A DNA stretch of 64,000 bases from Flavobacteriales bacterium DA487. GTDB lineage: Bacteria > Bacteroidota > Bacteroidia > Flavobacteriales_D > Sanyastnellaceae. Under the pieces are notes generated by a model. That model did not search any database. It was not told where the DNA came from and was given only the letters and a program-made list of their open reading frames with translations. Every line of letters begins with the position of its first letter. Positions within the stretch are counted from its first letter, which is position 1. The position numbers were made by a program, and so were the translations under genes. Location of the stretch: assembly GCA_049334165.1 (NCBI GenBank), contig JBEGHD010000001.1; one strand, given 5' to 3'. Below are positions 1 to 12,179 of the stretch, piece by piece.

Positions 1-1927
1 GATGGTGTTTGTCAACTCGCAACTCTTCAACTCCGAAGATCGCGGAAATTCCGTAGAGCAAATCCAAGAGCGGATTAAGCTATTTGAAAAAGAGACCGGT
101 ATCAACACTCACGTTTCTGGATTGCCGTACATCCGAACGGAGATGATGCAAAAGATTAAGGGGGAACTGCAGTTCTTTGTTATTCTCGCTGCCATTGTCA
201 CCTCCATTTTGCTGTTGCTCTTTTTCAGAAACTTCCGGGTGATGGTGACGTGCCTACTGGTAGTTTGTGTTGGCGTAATCTGGTCGATGGGGATGATCGC
301 CATTTTCGATTATCCACTCACCATGTTGATGGGATTGATCCCTCCGCTGATGATCGTTATCGGGATCCCCAATTGTATTTACCTGCTGAATAAATATCAC
401 TCCGAATACAAAAAGCATGGGAACCAAATGCGATCGCTTTCTCGTGTGATTTACAAGGTAGGGAACGCTACATTTTTGACGAACATGACCACGGCTCTCG
501 GTTTTGCCACGTTCATGTTTACCCACAGTCAGATCTTGCGCGAATTTGGCCTGATTGCGGCCATCAACATCATGTGCGTCTTCATCATTTCGCTGATCAT
601 CATCCCGATCGTGTTCAGCTATTTGAAGCCACCAAAAAGAAAGCACGTTCGCCACCTCGACCGCAGATGGCTTTACCATGTAATCGAGCAACTCCAAAAG
701 ATTGTGACGCACCACCGCAGAGCAGTCTACATTGGAACTGTTCTGGTTTTGGGTCTGGGCATTTACGGTGTCACGCTCGTGCAAACTACCGGAAACGTGG
801 TAGACGATTTGCCCGATGACAGCTCGGTAATTGTAGACCTCAAGTTTTTTGAAAAGAATTTCAACGGTGTGATGCCTTTTGAAATCCTGATCGATACGAA
901 AAGGAAAAATGCCATCACCAACGATGCGAACCTGAGACGAATTGAGAAGCTTCAGGAGCTGTTGGCCGAATATCCGCAGTTTTCGAAATCACTCTCAATT
1001 GCAGACGCTTCAAAATTCGCCAAACAGGCTTTTTATAACGGAGCACCCAATCGCTACGCGCTGATCAACAGAAACGAGCAGAGCTTCATTGGCCCCTACA
1101 TCCGTGGCGACTACCGAACGCAGGGCATCGAAAAAATGTTCATGGATTCTTCCAAACAGGTCACCAGAGTTACTGCACAGGTAGCCGATATCGGCACTCT
1201 CGAAATGGAGAAGCTGATGAACGACCTCAAACCCAAGATTGATAAGATTTTCCCTCCAGACAAATACGACATCACCATCACCGGGACGAGCATCGTCTTT
1301 TTGGAAGGAACGACCTACATGGTCAAGAATCTTTTCATCAGTTTGATGATTGCCATCGTGATCATCGCTTTGATCATGTCTTTCCTCTTCCGCTCAGCGC
1401 GAATGGTTTTAATTTCGCTTTTGCCAAACATGATTCCGCTGATCATCACTGCGGCCATTATGGGCTTCACGGGAATCACCATCAAGCCGAGTACTATTCT
1501 CGTTTTCTCTATCGCCTTTGGAATTTCTGTGGATGACACGATTCACTTCCTGGCCAAATATCGACAGGAGCTCGACCACTCGCACTGGACCATTGGAGAG
1601 TCTGTGTTGCGTGCTGTTCGCGAAACAGGAATTAGCATGCTCTACACTTCCATCGTGTTGTTCTTCGGATTTGGAATATTTGTAGCATCCGAATTTGAAG
1701 GAACTGCCGCACTGGGTGTGCTCGTTTCGGTTACTCTCCTGGTGGCAATGTTCACCAACCTTGTGCTGCTACCATCACTTTTGATGTCACTCGACAGAGC
1801 CATCACAACCAGAACTTTCAGCGAGCCGATGCTCGAAATTATCGATGAGGAAGAAGACATTGATCTTGACGAATTGGAGATAAAAGGCCAGCGCGAGATC
1901 GACAAAAGAGATAACGACCAGACTTAG
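1..1927 (+). CDS. RND superfamily / MMPL-type exporter, N-terminally truncated by the window edge (about 640 aa present: TM2-6, TM7, periplasmic loop 2, TM8-12)
   Basis: The ORF runs from the window edge with no upstream stop. Two hydrophobic helix bundles are separated by a periplasmic loop of about 250 aa, which is the typical RND/SSD architecture. Confidence 0.75.
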   Translation, partial: MVFVNSQLFNSEDRGNSVEQIQERIKLFEKETGINTHVSGLPYIRTEMMQKIKGELQFFVILAAIVTSILLLLFFRNFRVMVTCLLVVCVGVIWSMGMIAIFDYPLTMLMGLIPPLMIVIGIPNCIYLLNKYHSEYKKHGNQMRSLSRVIYKVGNATFLTNMTTALGFATFMFTHSQILREFGLIAAINIMCVFIISLIIIPIVFSYLKPPKRKHVRHLDRRWLYHVIEQLQKIVTHHRRAVYIGTVLVLGLGIYGVTLVQTTGNVVDDLPDDSSVIVDLKFFEKNFNGVMPFEILIDTKRKNAITNDANLRRIEKLQELLAEYPQFSKSLSIADASKFAKQAFYNGAPNRYALINRNEQSFIGPYIRGDYRTQGIEKMFMDSSKQVTRVTAQVADIGTLEMEKLMNDLKPKIDKIFPPDKYDITITGTSIVFLEGTTYMVKNLFISLMIAIVIIALIMSFLFRSARMVLISLLPNMIPLIITAAIMGFTGITIKPSTILVFSIAFGISVDDTIHFLAKYRQELDHSHWTIGESVLRAVRETGISMLYTSIVLFFGFGIFVASEFEGTAALGVLVSVTLLVAMFTNLVLLPSLLMSLDRAITTRTFSEPMLEIIDEEEDIDLDELEIKGQREIDKRDNDQT

Positions 1928-1950
1928 TAGAACACCGAAAACTACAAATC

Positions 1951-2820
1951 ATGAAAGGAATTATTCTGGCCGGTGGATCCGGCACACGACTTTATCCACT
2001 CACCAAAGCGGTAAGCAAACAACTCATGCCGGTTTACGACAAGCCGATGATCTACTACCCACTTTCGACCTTGCTTATTTCTGGTATTCGCGAGATCCTG
2101 ATCATTTCAACTCCACACGATTTGCCTGGGTTTAAACACCTTCTGGGTGATGGGTCGCAAATCGGGTGTTCCATTTCTTACAAGGAGCAACCGGAGCCAA
2201 AAGGACTCGCTCAGGCCTTCACACTTGGCGAAGAATTTATTGGTGACGACAAAGTAGCTTTAGTTCTCGGTGACAACATTTTTTATGGCAAAGGATTTGG
2301 AAAAATTCTCCGCGACAACACCGATGTAGACGGTGGAATGGTTTACGCCTACCACGTGTCAGACCCCGAGCGCTACGGTGTGGTGGAGTTCGACAAAAAC
2401 CAAAAGGCCATTTCTATTGAAGAAAAGCCGAAAAACCCCAAATCGAACTACGCGGTTCCTGGATTGTATTTCTATGACAACAATGTGATAGAGATCGCTA
2501 AAAACCTGAAGCCGAGTGCTCGCGGTGAGTACGAGATCACCGACATCAACAGGGCTTACCTAGAGCAGGGTAAACTCCAGGTGTCGAAGCTCGACCGTGG
2601 AACGGCCTGGTTGGACACCGGCACATTCCCGTCTTTGATGCAGGCCAGCCAGTACGTGCAGGTGATTGAAGATAGGCAGGGACTGAAAATTGGAGCCATC
2701 GAAGAAATCGCCTGGAGAATGGGCTACATCGATGATGCTCAGTTTGAAGCACTGGCAAAACCACTGGTTAAAAGTGGCTATGGCGATTATCTGTTGCAGC
2801 AGTTAAAAACCGAAAGGTAA
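1951..2820 (+). CDS. rfbA: glucose-1-phosphate thymidylyltransferase
   Basis: N-terminus [18 protein letters not shown] (nucleotidyltransferase G-rich loop); about 289 aa; overall RmlA-like sequence. Confidence 0.9.
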   Translation: MKGIILAGGSGTRLYPLTKAVSKQLMPVYDKPMIYYPLSTLLISGIREILIISTPHDLPGFKHLLGDGSQIGCSISYKEQPEPKGLAQAFTLGEEFIGDDKVALVLGDNIFYGKGFGKILRDNTDVDGGMVYAYHVSDPERYGVVEFDKNQKAISIEEKPKNPKSNYAVPGLYFYDNNVIEIAKNLKPSARGEYEITDINRAYLEQGKLQVSKLDRGTAWLDTGTFPSLMQASQYVQVIEDRQGLKIGAIEEIAWRMGYIDDAQFEALAKPLVKSGYGDYLLQQLKTER

Positions 2821-2841
2821 GCAACGTAAAAACGCACAAAT

Positions 2842-3837
2842 TTGAAACAGGAAATCGAACACTCCATGAAGTCGCTCTCGCAGTGTCAGCATCTAATCGT
2901 TGAAGCCATCGAAGAGTTTACTGCAGAAAATGGCAAAGGCGAACTCTACGAGCCCATCAATTACATCATGAACATTGGTGGAAAGCGGATGCGTCCTGCA
3001 CTCTTGCTCATGGCCTGCGATCTTTTTGGTGGAGATGTTCAAAAAGCGCTGAAGCCGGCTCTGGCCATAGAAGTGTTTCACAACTTCACCCTGATGCATG
3101 ACGACATCATGGACGAGGCTCCCATGCGAAGGGGCAAGAAAAGTGTTCACAAAAAGTGGGACACAAACGCGGCCATTCTCAGTGGAGACGCCATGATGGT
3201 GCAGGCTTACCAGCTGATCACCGAGACGCCCGACAAGCAATTGAAACCCGTGCTCGAAGTGTTCAGCGAAACGGCAATCGCAGTGTGCGAGGGCCAGCAG
3301 ATGGACATGGATTTTGAAAATCGGGATGACGTTGCCATCCACGAGTACCTCGAAATGATCAGGCTGAAAACCAGTGTTCTTGTAGCTGCAGCTCTAAAAA
3401 TCGGAGCCATCATTGCCGGTGCTTCCAAAAGAGATCAGGAACACGCTTATTTCTTCGGAGAAAAAATCGGGATGGCTTTTCAACTTCGTGACGATTATCT
3501 CGATGTGTTTGGCGAAGAAGACAAAGTCGGAAAACAAACCGGAGGCGACATCCTATCCGACAAAAAAACCTACCTCCTTTTGCGAGCCAGACAAAAAGCA
3601 TCGCCCGACCAGCTGAAAAAACTCAACGAGCTCAACGGCAACAATTCTGACCAAAAAGAGAAAGTCGAAAAGACCATCAAAATTTTTAGAGACCTGCGCG
3701 TAGATCACGAGCTGATTGAAAAATCGGAAATGTATTTCGCGGAAGCCATCACTCACCTCAACTCAATTAAACTCGAAGAGGAGCGCAAAATCGAACTTCA
3801 GCTCTTTGCCGAAAAACTCATGATCCGAGAAAGCTAA
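2842..3837 (+). CDS. polyprenyl diphosphate synthase family protein (IspA / GGPP-synthase-like)
   Basis: Two aspartate-rich motifs (LMHDDIMD and LRDDYLD) and KRMRPAL, typical of trans-isoprenyl diphosphate synthases. The start may instead be at the MKSLSQ methionine. Confidence 0.85.
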   Translation: MKQEIEHSMKSLSQCQHLIVEAIEEFTAENGKGELYEPINYIMNIGGKRMRPALLLMACDLFGGDVQKALKPALAIEVFHNFTLMHDDIMDEAPMRRGKKSVHKKWDTNAAILSGDAMMVQAYQLITETPDKQLKPVLEVFSETAIAVCEGQQMDMDFENRDDVAIHEYLEMIRLKTSVLVAAALKIGAIIAGASKRDQEHAYFFGEKIGMAFQLRDDYLDVFGEEDKVGKQTGGDILSDKKTYLLLRARQKASPDQLKKLNELNGNNSDQKEKVEKTIKIFRDLRVDHELIEKSEMYFAEAITHLNSIKLEEERKIELQLFAEKLMIRES

Positions 3838-3838
3838 G

Positions 3839-4219
3839 ATGGACGAAGACCCCGGTAAAAACACAGACCTTACTCCTCTTGTCTCTGAGATCAAAAAAGC
3901 CGGAGACTCAAAAAATCTCCTTGCCAAAACCCAGCGGCAAATCGAAAAAGACTTTAGCACTTTTTCCGTGGGCATTCCCTTTGACGAAAGTGAAACCCTC
4001 GACTCGCTTTTTCAAAAACTGAAAGCAGCGCTCGAACAGCTCACCGAAGAAAACAGAGCCAAGCTGAGTCAAATCCTCTACCGAATCGATCTTTCCGAAG
4101 CCCACCTCGGAGCCATTCTCACCGGAGCCGAAGGGCCTGATATCCACGGCCAACTCGCTTTTCAAATCATTCAAAGAGAAATGAAAAAAGTAATCCTGAG
4201 AGAGCGCTACAGCCCCTGA
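3839..4219 (+). CDS. hypothetical protein (126 aa), likely co-transcribed with the polyprenyl synthetase
   Basis: ORF beginning 2 nt after the upstream stop; no recognisable motif. Confidence 0.4.
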   Translation: MDEDPGKNTDLTPLVSEIKKAGDSKNLLAKTQRQIEKDFSTFSVGIPFDESETLDSLFQKLKAALEQLTEENRAKLSQILYRIDLSEAHLGAILTGAEGPDIHGQLAFQIIQREMKKVILRERYSP

Positions 4220-4347
4220 CCGAGGAAAGCCATCGTTTAGCTTTCCAACATTAGTTAAATGATGAACACTTCACGACAAATTGTGGTTTATAAACTCCGC
4301 AGACTTTGTAATTTTGTAATTCGAATTTTAACGCATCCCACAACATA

Positions 4348-7077
4348 ATGGACAACTACTCTTATCTGAGTAACGCAGACGTCACAGCGATAGACGACCT
4401 CTATCAAAAGTTTAAGGAAAATCCTGAGTCAGTCGATTTTGGCTGGCGCAAGTTTTTTGAAGGGTTTGAGTTTCACAGAACAGAATTTGAAAAAGACGGA
4501 GAGCAGGAACTTCCTGAAGATCTCCACAGGGAGTTTAAGGTAATCAACCTGATCAACGGATACCGCAATCGCGGCCACCTGTTCACCAAAACCAACCCGG
4601 TGCGCGAGAGAAGAAAATACTCTCCCACACTCGACATCGAAAACTTTGGCCTCGAAGAATCCGACCTGGACGAAACGTTTCAGGCTGGTCAGGAAATCGG
4701 AATTGGAAGAGCCACGCTCAAAGAAATTATTGAGCACCTAAAGCACACTTACTGCCAGTCGATTGGTGTGGAGTACATGTACATCCGCGATCCCGAAAGA
4801 CTCAAGTGGATTCAGCACAAGCTCGAGGAAAACAACCTGAAGAAATTTACCAAAGAGGAAAAGCTCGACATCTACAAAAAGTTGAGCCGCACCACGCTTT
4901 TCGAGCAATATCTGCAGCGAAAGTTTGTGGGACAAAAGAGATTTTCCATTGAAGGTGGCGAAGCGTTGATTCCAGCGTTGGACTCGCTTATCGAAAAAGC
5001 ATCTGCCAACGGAGTTGAGGAATTCGTAATGGGAATGGCCCACCGCGGTCGCCTCAACGCTCTGGCTCATATTTTTGGAAAGCCTTACGAAGAACTCTTT
5101 GCAGAATTCGAAGGACGAGAGTACAAAGACGATGTGTTCGATGGCGATGTGAAATACCACCTCGGCTACTCCAACACGGTGAAGTCCGACAAAGGAGCTG
5201 ACGTTCACCTTACCCTCTCCCCCAACCCTTCTCACCTCGAAGCGGTGGATCCGGTTGTGGAAGGTTTGACGAGAGCAAAAATCGACAACTACCTCAAAGA
5301 CGAGAACAAAATTGTTCCGATCCTCATCCACGGTGATGCGGCAATTGCAGCGCAGGGAGTGGTCTACGAAGTGGTGCAAATGGCACAGCTCGATGGCTAC
5401 CGAACCGGTGGAACTATCCACATTGTGGTGAACAACCAGATTGGCTTCACCACCAACTACCTCGATGGACGCTCGAGCACCTACTGCACAGATGTTGGTA
5501 AAACCACACTTTGCCCTGTGTTCCACGTAAATGGTGACGATGTGGAAGCCGTGATCCAAACAGTCAACATGGCGCTTGAGTACCGTCTGAAGTACAACCG
5601 CGATGTGTTTATCGATTTGCTCGGCTACAGAAAATACGGCCACAACGAAGGTGACGAGCCGAAGTTCACTCAGCCGCAGCTTTACAAAGCCATTTCGCAG
5701 CACCCCGACTTGCGAGAGATCTACAAAAATCAACTTATCGAAGAGGGAATTCTCACTGAAGATCAGGCCGATGAAATGAAGTCGGAGTTTGAGAAAATGC
5801 TTGACGACCGATTTGAGAAGAGCAAAAAGATCGAGAACAACTACGTGAAGCACTTCCTCGAGGAAACATGGAAAGATTTGAAAAAAGCTGATGACGATGC
5901 TTTTGACGAATCGCCAGATACAAGCTACGACAAGAAAAAACTCATAGAGCTCGGAAAGAAAATGAGCTCTCTGCCAGAAGGCAAAAAGTGGTTTAGAAAA
6001 GTTGAGAAGCTTTTCAAAGAGCGCACAAAAATGCTCGACAACAACAAGCTCGACTGGGGAATGGGCGAAATGCTCGCCTACGCCACGCTCCTGGAAGAAG
6101 GCTTCCCGGTGCGGATTTCCGGTCAGGATGTGGAGCGTGGGACCTTCTCTCACCGCCACGCTGTGGTGAAAACCGAAGACGAGGAAGAAATCATTCCGCT
6201 CAACCACATTGCCGACAAGCAAGCCGAAATGACGATCTACAACTCACTCCTAAGCGAGTACGGTGTTGTCGGGTTCGACTACGGTTACGCTTTTGCCACT
6301 CCAAACGGACTAACGATTTGGGAAGCGCAGTTTGGTGACTTCAACAACGGAGCGCAAATCATTATCGACCAGTTCCTGAGCTCTGCTGAAGATAAGTGGC
6401 GCACCATGAATGGATTGGTGATGCTGTTGCCTCACGGCTACGAGGGAATGGGCTCTGAGCACTCGAGTGGTCGCATGGAGCGCTACCTCACGCTTTGCGC
6501 TGAAAACAACATGCAGGTGGCCAACGCTACCACTCCGGCAAACTACTTCCACCTTTTGAGAAGGCAGCTACACCGCGAGTTCCGCAAGCCGCTGATCGTT
6601 TTCACTCCAAAGAAATTGCTCCGCTACGCCAAAGCAACTTCGAAAATCGAAGAGATGGCCGAGGGCAGATTCCAGGAAGTGCTGGACGATCCGAATGTGA
6701 AAAAAGGAGACGTGGACACGATTGCTTTCTGCTCTGGGAAAATCTACTACGACATCCTCGAAGAAAGAGAAAAGAAAGAGTCTGGAGAAAACATCGCAGT
6801 GGTGCGCCTCGAGCAGCTTTATCCGTTCCCGGAGAAGCAAATCGACAAGATTCTCGATAAGTACGACAAGGCGAAAAATTACATTTGGATTCAGGAAGAA
6901 CCTGAAAACATGGGCGCCTGGGGCTACATCCTCCGCACTTTCCGCAAGGTCAACCTGGATTTGATTTCCAGAAAAGCCTCCGGAAGTCCGGCAGCTGGAA
7001 GCACCATCGTACACGAGAAGCGCCACCGTGCACTGCTCGACAAGTTGTTCTCCTACGCCAAAGAAAAAGTATCATAA
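4348..7077 (+). CDS. sucA: 2-oxoglutarate dehydrogenase E1 component
   Basis: 909 aa with a SucA-like N-terminus (…DLYQKFKENPESVDFGWRKFFEGFEF…) and TPP-enzyme length and architecture. Confidence 0.95.
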   Translation: MDNYSYLSNADVTAIDDLYQKFKENPESVDFGWRKFFEGFEFHRTEFEKDGEQELPEDLHREFKVINLINGYRNRGHLFTKTNPVRERRKYSPTLDIENFGLEESDLDETFQAGQEIGIGRATLKEIIEHLKHTYCQSIGVEYMYIRDPERLKWIQHKLEENNLKKFTKEEKLDIYKKLSRTTLFEQYLQRKFVGQKRFSIEGGEALIPALDSLIEKASANGVEEFVMGMAHRGRLNALAHIFGKPYEELFAEFEGREYKDDVFDGDVKYHLGYSNTVKSDKGADVHLTLSPNPSHLEAVDPVVEGLTRAKIDNYLKDENKIVPILIHGDAAIAAQGVVYEVVQMAQLDGYRTGGTIHIVVNNQIGFTTNYLDGRSSTYCTDVGKTTLCPVFHVNGDDVEAVIQTVNMALEYRLKYNRDVFIDLLGYRKYGHNEGDEPKFTQPQLYKAISQHPDLREIYKNQLIEEGILTEDQADEMKSEFEKMLDDRFEKSKKIENNYVKHFLEETWKDLKKADDDAFDESPDTSYDKKKLIELGKKMSSLPEGKKWFRKVEKLFKERTKMLDNNKLDWGMGEMLAYATLLEEGFPVRISGQDVERGTFSHRHAVVKTEDEEEIIPLNHIADKQAEMTIYNSLLSEYGVVGFDYGYAFATPNGLTIWEAQFGDFNNGAQIIIDQFLSSAEDKWRTMNGLVMLLPHGYEGMGSEHSSGRMERYLTLCAENNMQVANATTPANYFHLLRRQLHREFRKPLIVFTPKKLLRYAKATSKIEEMAEGRFQEVLDDPNVKKGDVDTIAFCSGKIYYDILEEREKKESGENIAVVRLEQLYPFPEKQIDKILDKYDKAKNYIWIQEEPENMGAWGYILRTFRKVNLDLISRKASGSPAAGSTIVHEKRHRALLDKLFSYAKEKVS

Positions 7078-7150
7078 AAAATAATAGCATTTTGCGACAA
7101 CAGATCTCCAACGAGGCCACGAGCCGGGAGGTCAAACCAAAAAGATCGAC

Positions 7151-8470
7151 ATGCCAGAAATAGAAATGAAAGTACCGAGTCCGGGAGAATCCATCTCGGA
7201 AGTTGAAATAGCCACATGGCTGGTAAGTGACGGTGACTACGTAGAAAAAGACCAGGCCATTGCCGAGGTCGATTCCGACAAAGCCACACTCGAACTGCCT
7301 GCCGAAGAGTCTGGGACAATTACCCTAAAAGCCGAAGAAGGCGACACTGTAGAAGTGGGCGAAGTGGTGGCCCTCATCAACACCGATGCGGAAAAGCCAA
7401 AAGGCTCGGACGATAAAAAACAAGACGCCAAAGCAGCGAAAGACGAGAAGAAGGAGGAAGAAAAGTCGGACAGCAAAGACGACAAAAAAGAGGAGAAGAA
7501 AGAAGAGAAAGAGTCGAAGTCTGAAAGCAAGGACAAAAAGGACGACAAAGAGAAAGAGGAAGAGGATAGTCACGCTAAAGGGCACCCTTCTCCAGCTGCT
7601 CGCAAAAAAATGGACGAAGAGGGAATCTCTTCCGACCAGGTGAAAGGCACCGGAAAAGGTGGACGCATCACCAAACAAGACGTGATTGACGCCATGGCCG
7701 GAGGCATCAGCAGTGATGCAGCCCAGGGCTGGGGTGGAACCCGCGATTCTGAGCGCAAGAAAATGTCTTCGCTTCGCAGAAAAGTTGCCGAGCGACTGGT
7801 TTCTGTGAAAAACGAAACGGCCATGCTCACCACCTTCAACGAGGTGAACATGCAGCCGATCATGGACATGCGCTCCAAGTACAAAGAGACATTTAAAGAA
7901 ACACACGGCACTAGCCTCGGATTTATGTCCTTCTTCACCAAAGCGGTGACTGAAGCGCTGAATCAGTTCCCGGCAGTGAATGCCCAGATCGATGGTAAAG
8001 AAGTGATCTATCACAACTACGCAGATGTGGGTGTGGCAGTGAGCACGCCAAAAGGACTGATGGTTCCCGTGATGCGCAATGCCGAGCAGATGTCACTGGC
8101 TGAAATCGAAAGCGAAATCAAGCGACTGGCCATCAAAGCGCGCGATGGTAAAATCACCATTGATGAGATGACCGGAGGAACCTTCACCATCACCAACGGT
8201 GGAGTGTTTGGCTCGATGATGAGCACACCAATCATCAACCCACCGCAGAGTGCCATTTTGGGAATGCACAACATTGTGGAGCGACCAATGGCCGTGAACG
8301 GTGAAGTGAAAATCCTGCCGATGATGTACGTAGCCCTAAGCTACGACCACCGCATCATCGATGGGAAAGAATCGGTGAGCTTTTTGGTGAAAGTGAAAGA
8401 AATGCTTGAAAACCCGGAGAGCATGATCTTCGGAGGCAAAAACCCCGCAGAAGTTTTGATGGGACTGTAG
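7151..8470 (+). CDS. sucB: dihydrolipoyllysine-residue succinyltransferase (E2 of 2-oxoglutarate dehydrogenase)
   Basis: Lipoyl domain ([14 protein letters not shown]), E3-binding segment, and a C-terminal acyltransferase catalytic domain (…SYDHRIIDG…). Immediately downstream of sucA. Confidence 0.95.
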   Translation: MPEIEMKVPSPGESISEVEIATWLVSDGDYVEKDQAIAEVDSDKATLELPAEESGTITLKAEEGDTVEVGEVVALINTDAEKPKGSDDKKQDAKAAKDEKKEEEKSDSKDDKKEEKKEEKESKSESKDKKDDKEKEEEDSHAKGHPSPAARKKMDEEGISSDQVKGTGKGGRITKQDVIDAMAGGISSDAAQGWGGTRDSERKKMSSLRRKVAERLVSVKNETAMLTTFNEVNMQPIMDMRSKYKETFKETHGTSLGFMSFFTKAVTEALNQFPAVNAQIDGKEVIYHNYADVGVAVSTPKGLMVPVMRNAEQMSLAEIESEIKRLAIKARDGKITIDEMTGGTFTITNGGVFGSMMSTPIINPPQSAILGMHNIVERPMAVNGEVKILPMMYVALSYDHRIIDGKESVSFLVKVKEMLENPESMIFGGKNPAEVLMGL

Positions 8471-8496
8471 CCAAACGGCCACCCAAATAATTTTAA

Positions 8497-8544
8497 ACCG
8501 CTGGTGGTCCTGATCTTGTTTCAGGATCTCTAGCGGTTTTTTTT
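8497..8544 (+). terminator. rho-independent terminator downstream of sucB
   Basis: Inverted repeat ACCGCTGG…CTAGCGGT with an internal TCCTGA/TCAGGA pairing, followed by T8. Confidence 0.6.
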
Positions 8545-8630
8545 GTGTTTTCATGCTCTTCCTTCAAAATAGTCGACTGTTGCCCTTAAACCAGAAAAGC
8601 CTTAGCTTAGTGCCACTAATCACTTTCTCC

Positions 8631-10175
8631 ATGTTCAAATTGATCGCTACCGCTTTTGTCTTTTTGCTGGTTTCGCTTTTAGGGTCGGGGTCGTGTGCCC
8701 AAACCTTTTCTAAGGTGTATGATCACTTCGACCGGGAACTGTTGGAAGAGGCATACAATATTGAGGAGACTGCAAATGGATATATCATATTTTATGCTGG
8801 AGGAGCTGCGGATGGTGTCTCTACACGTTTAGGTGTTCGAACAATAGATTGGGAAGGGAATTCGCTATTTCTGCACGAATATGGGGATGATAGTACAAGA
8901 ATGTTTGCAGGTTGGGCAAATAGTGGTTTTGAAGTTTCGGATGACAGTTACGCAATAGGAAATGGCTTTGACACAGTTGGGGTATCTAATTCCTCCAACT
9001 CAAAGCTGATGTTGTTCAATTCCAGTGGTGAACTACAAAACTCTTTCACTTACATTGATTCTCTTGCCAATGGAGGCAGCGGAGTGATTAATGCCGATAA
9101 TTTTTATTATATATATGGCAATTCTCTTGACACACCTAATGAATTACTTGGTGGATACCTAATGAAAATCTCCGAAGACTTAGAGCTTGTTTGGAAAAAA
9201 GTTTATCCAAATGAAGGTAGCGAAAACCTCAGCTTCAACAGCTGCACAGAGGCACATGAGGGTGGTTTCATTATTGGCGGTCGAGTAACAGACTTTGACA
9301 CATTTGGTGTTTGTGAAGATCTGGCTTACGATTCTGATCCTATTATCATGAGAGTGGACTCTGAGGGGAATGAAATCTGGCGAGAACAATTTGGCACCTG
9401 CAAAACCGAATGTGGAGCCCACGTCACCCGCACCTCAGATGGCAACTATCTTTTTTCTTCTTGTTTGAAGACAGATGAGCCTGTTTCCGGTGAGTTGTTT
9501 GGGTTTTGGCCTTACATTGTCAAGTTTGATTCAGACGGTGAGGTAATTTGGGAGCAGACTTATGGCGATGCCAACTTTGAAAGTGTTCTTACCAAAGTAC
9601 AAGAATTGTCGGATGGAAATATCATTGCCGGTGGATACAGATATGCGCTCAGTGAAAACACTGCACACCGTTGGGGACTACTCATCAAACTCAACCAGCA
9701 AGGTGACAGCCTTTGGTACCGCAAGTATTCATTTGCCGATGACACCCAATGTTTTTTCCGCGATGTGATAGAAACTTCAGATGGAGGTTTTGCCGCTTGT
9801 GGTCGCACCTGGCCATCAGAAGAAAACTCGAGTATCGACACCTGGGTGGTAAAAACAGATGAATACGGTTGTATCATTCCCGGTTGTCATATCGGTGTAG
9901 AAGAATTCACTGAAAAGTATGGCAGCTTTAAAGTTGGGCCTAATCCAGTGAGCCAGTCTGAAAATCTGGTTGTTTTTCTACCCGATGTCAAAGATCTCTC
10001 GGGTCTCTCCTTCCAGCTACGCAACCTCAGCGGTCAGGTCGTTAAATCTTTTGTCCCCGATGAAGGCGGTACTTCTTACCTTCTGCGAATGGACGATGTA
10101 GTAAAAGGCATGTACGTGCTTTCGCTTTTGAAAGATGGCACAAAAGTGCAGAGTGAGAAGGTGGTGGTGAGGTAA
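8631..10175 (+). CDS. secreted protein with a C-terminal T9SS (Por) sorting domain; N-terminal domain unknown
   Basis: Signal peptide MFKLIATAFVFLLVSLLGSGSCAQ. Roughly 80 aa C-terminal tail (…GPNPVSQSENLVVFL…GMYVLSLL…KVVVR) matches the Por_Secre_tail pattern. The start was moved to the ATG at 8631, where the signal peptide begins. Confidence 0.7.
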   Translation: MFKLIATAFVFLLVSLLGSGSCAQTFSKVYDHFDRELLEEAYNIEETANGYIIFYAGGAADGVSTRLGVRTIDWEGNSLFLHEYGDDSTRMFAGWANSGFEVSDDSYAIGNGFDTVGVSNSSNSKLMLFNSSGELQNSFTYIDSLANGGSGVINADNFYYIYGNSLDTPNELLGGYLMKISEDLELVWKKVYPNEGSENLSFNSCTEAHEGGFIIGGRVTDFDTFGVCEDLAYDSDPIIMRVDSEGNEIWREQFGTCKTECGAHVTRTSDGNYLFSSCLKTDEPVSGELFGFWPYIVKFDSDGEVIWEQTYGDANFESVLTKVQELSDGNIIAGGYRYALSENTAHRWGLLIKLNQQGDSLWYRKYSFADDTQCFFRDVIETSDGGFAACGRTWPSEENSSIDTWVVKTDEYGCIIPGCHIGVEEFTEKYGSFKVGPNPVSQSENLVVFLPDVKDLSGLSFQLRNLSGQVVKSFVPDEGGTSYLLRMDDVVKGMYVLSLLKDGTKVQSEKVVVR

Positions 10176-10548
10176 ACTAACTCTGAAGAATTTAATACTA
10201 TATTTCAAATAGGTGAAGGATTTGGGACCGGCCTTGAGCTCGCGCAAAAATTTTTCAAAGTCGAGACTTACGAAGACCGAGAAGCCGCAAGGATCACTCG
10301 GTCGTAGTTAGTTGAGACAAAGCAAAATTTTGAGTAGAGGTCACAGCCTTGATTTTTTTCTTTCTTTTTTCATCAAGGAAAAAAGATAAATTGAGTATCA
10401 GCAGCGGCTAGTCTGATATATTAAACGGCCCTCTTTATAAGCGTGCAACAAAAGCCATGAAAGATCTTTCATTTTCGGGATTCACAACAGAGCTATCGGT
10501 ATTATTTCTCACCCTTTTCAATGGGTACGTTTAATCCAAAAATTCCCA

Positions 10549-10556
10549 TAAATTTG
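10549..10556 (+). promoter_or_regulatory. candidate Bacteroidetes -7 promoter box (TAAATTTG) about 30 bp upstream of the gdhA ATG
   Basis: Matches the TAnnTTTG consensus of Bacteroidetes sigma-A promoters. No clear -33 TTG element was found. Confidence 0.35.
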
Positions 10557-10571
10557 CCCCCAATTCATTAA

Positions 10572-11948
<1,377 letters not shown>

Positions 11949-11972
11949 ATTCCCCATCGACTATAAAACTAA

Positions 11973-12022
11973 ATCCCGGTAGCAAGCAGAATTAGAACTG
12001 CTTCCTATCGGGATTTTTTTTG
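11973..12022 (+). terminator. rho-independent terminator downstream of gdhA
   Basis: Stem ATCCCGGTAG / CTATCGGGAT followed by T9. Confidence 0.6.
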
Positions 12023-12067
12023 ATTTCATTTTTCTGAGTTAGAAAATACTCATTCCCATTTCCACCC

Positions 12068-12106
12068 TTGTGTCTCGACTCCGCTCGACAACCGGCCTAC
12101 GCCACA
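12068..12106 (+). repeat. copy 1 of the short dispersed repeat (TGTCTCGACTCCGCTCGACAACCGGCCTACGC)
   Basis: Same sequence as copy 2 at 26872-26940, minus that copy's 31-nt insertion. Confidence 0.45.
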
Positions 12107-12152
12107 CTGTTCCAGCCGCATTCTCGTCTCCAAGAAATCACCCATTTGTTTG

Positions 12153-12160
12153 TACATTTG
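12153..12160 (+). promoter_or_regulatory. candidate -7 promoter box (TACATTTG) 20 bp upstream of the membrane-protein ATG
   Basis: Matches TAnnTTTG. Confidence 0.3.
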
Positions 12161-12179
12161 ACCCAAACACAAAGAAAAA

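Noticed and set aside
4738-6222. 494-aa ORF antisense to sucA
   Set aside because: It lies entirely inside the well-supported sucA gene on the opposite strand. Its F/H/V-rich composition is typical of antisense translation, and it has no motifs.
7386-7643. 85-aa Arg/Lys-rich ORF ([26 protein letters not shown]…)
   Set aside because: It is an alternate-frame artefact of the purine-rich KE-linker region of sucB.
7325-8014. 229-aa ORF antisense to sucB
   Set aside because: Antisense shadow ORF within a confident gene.
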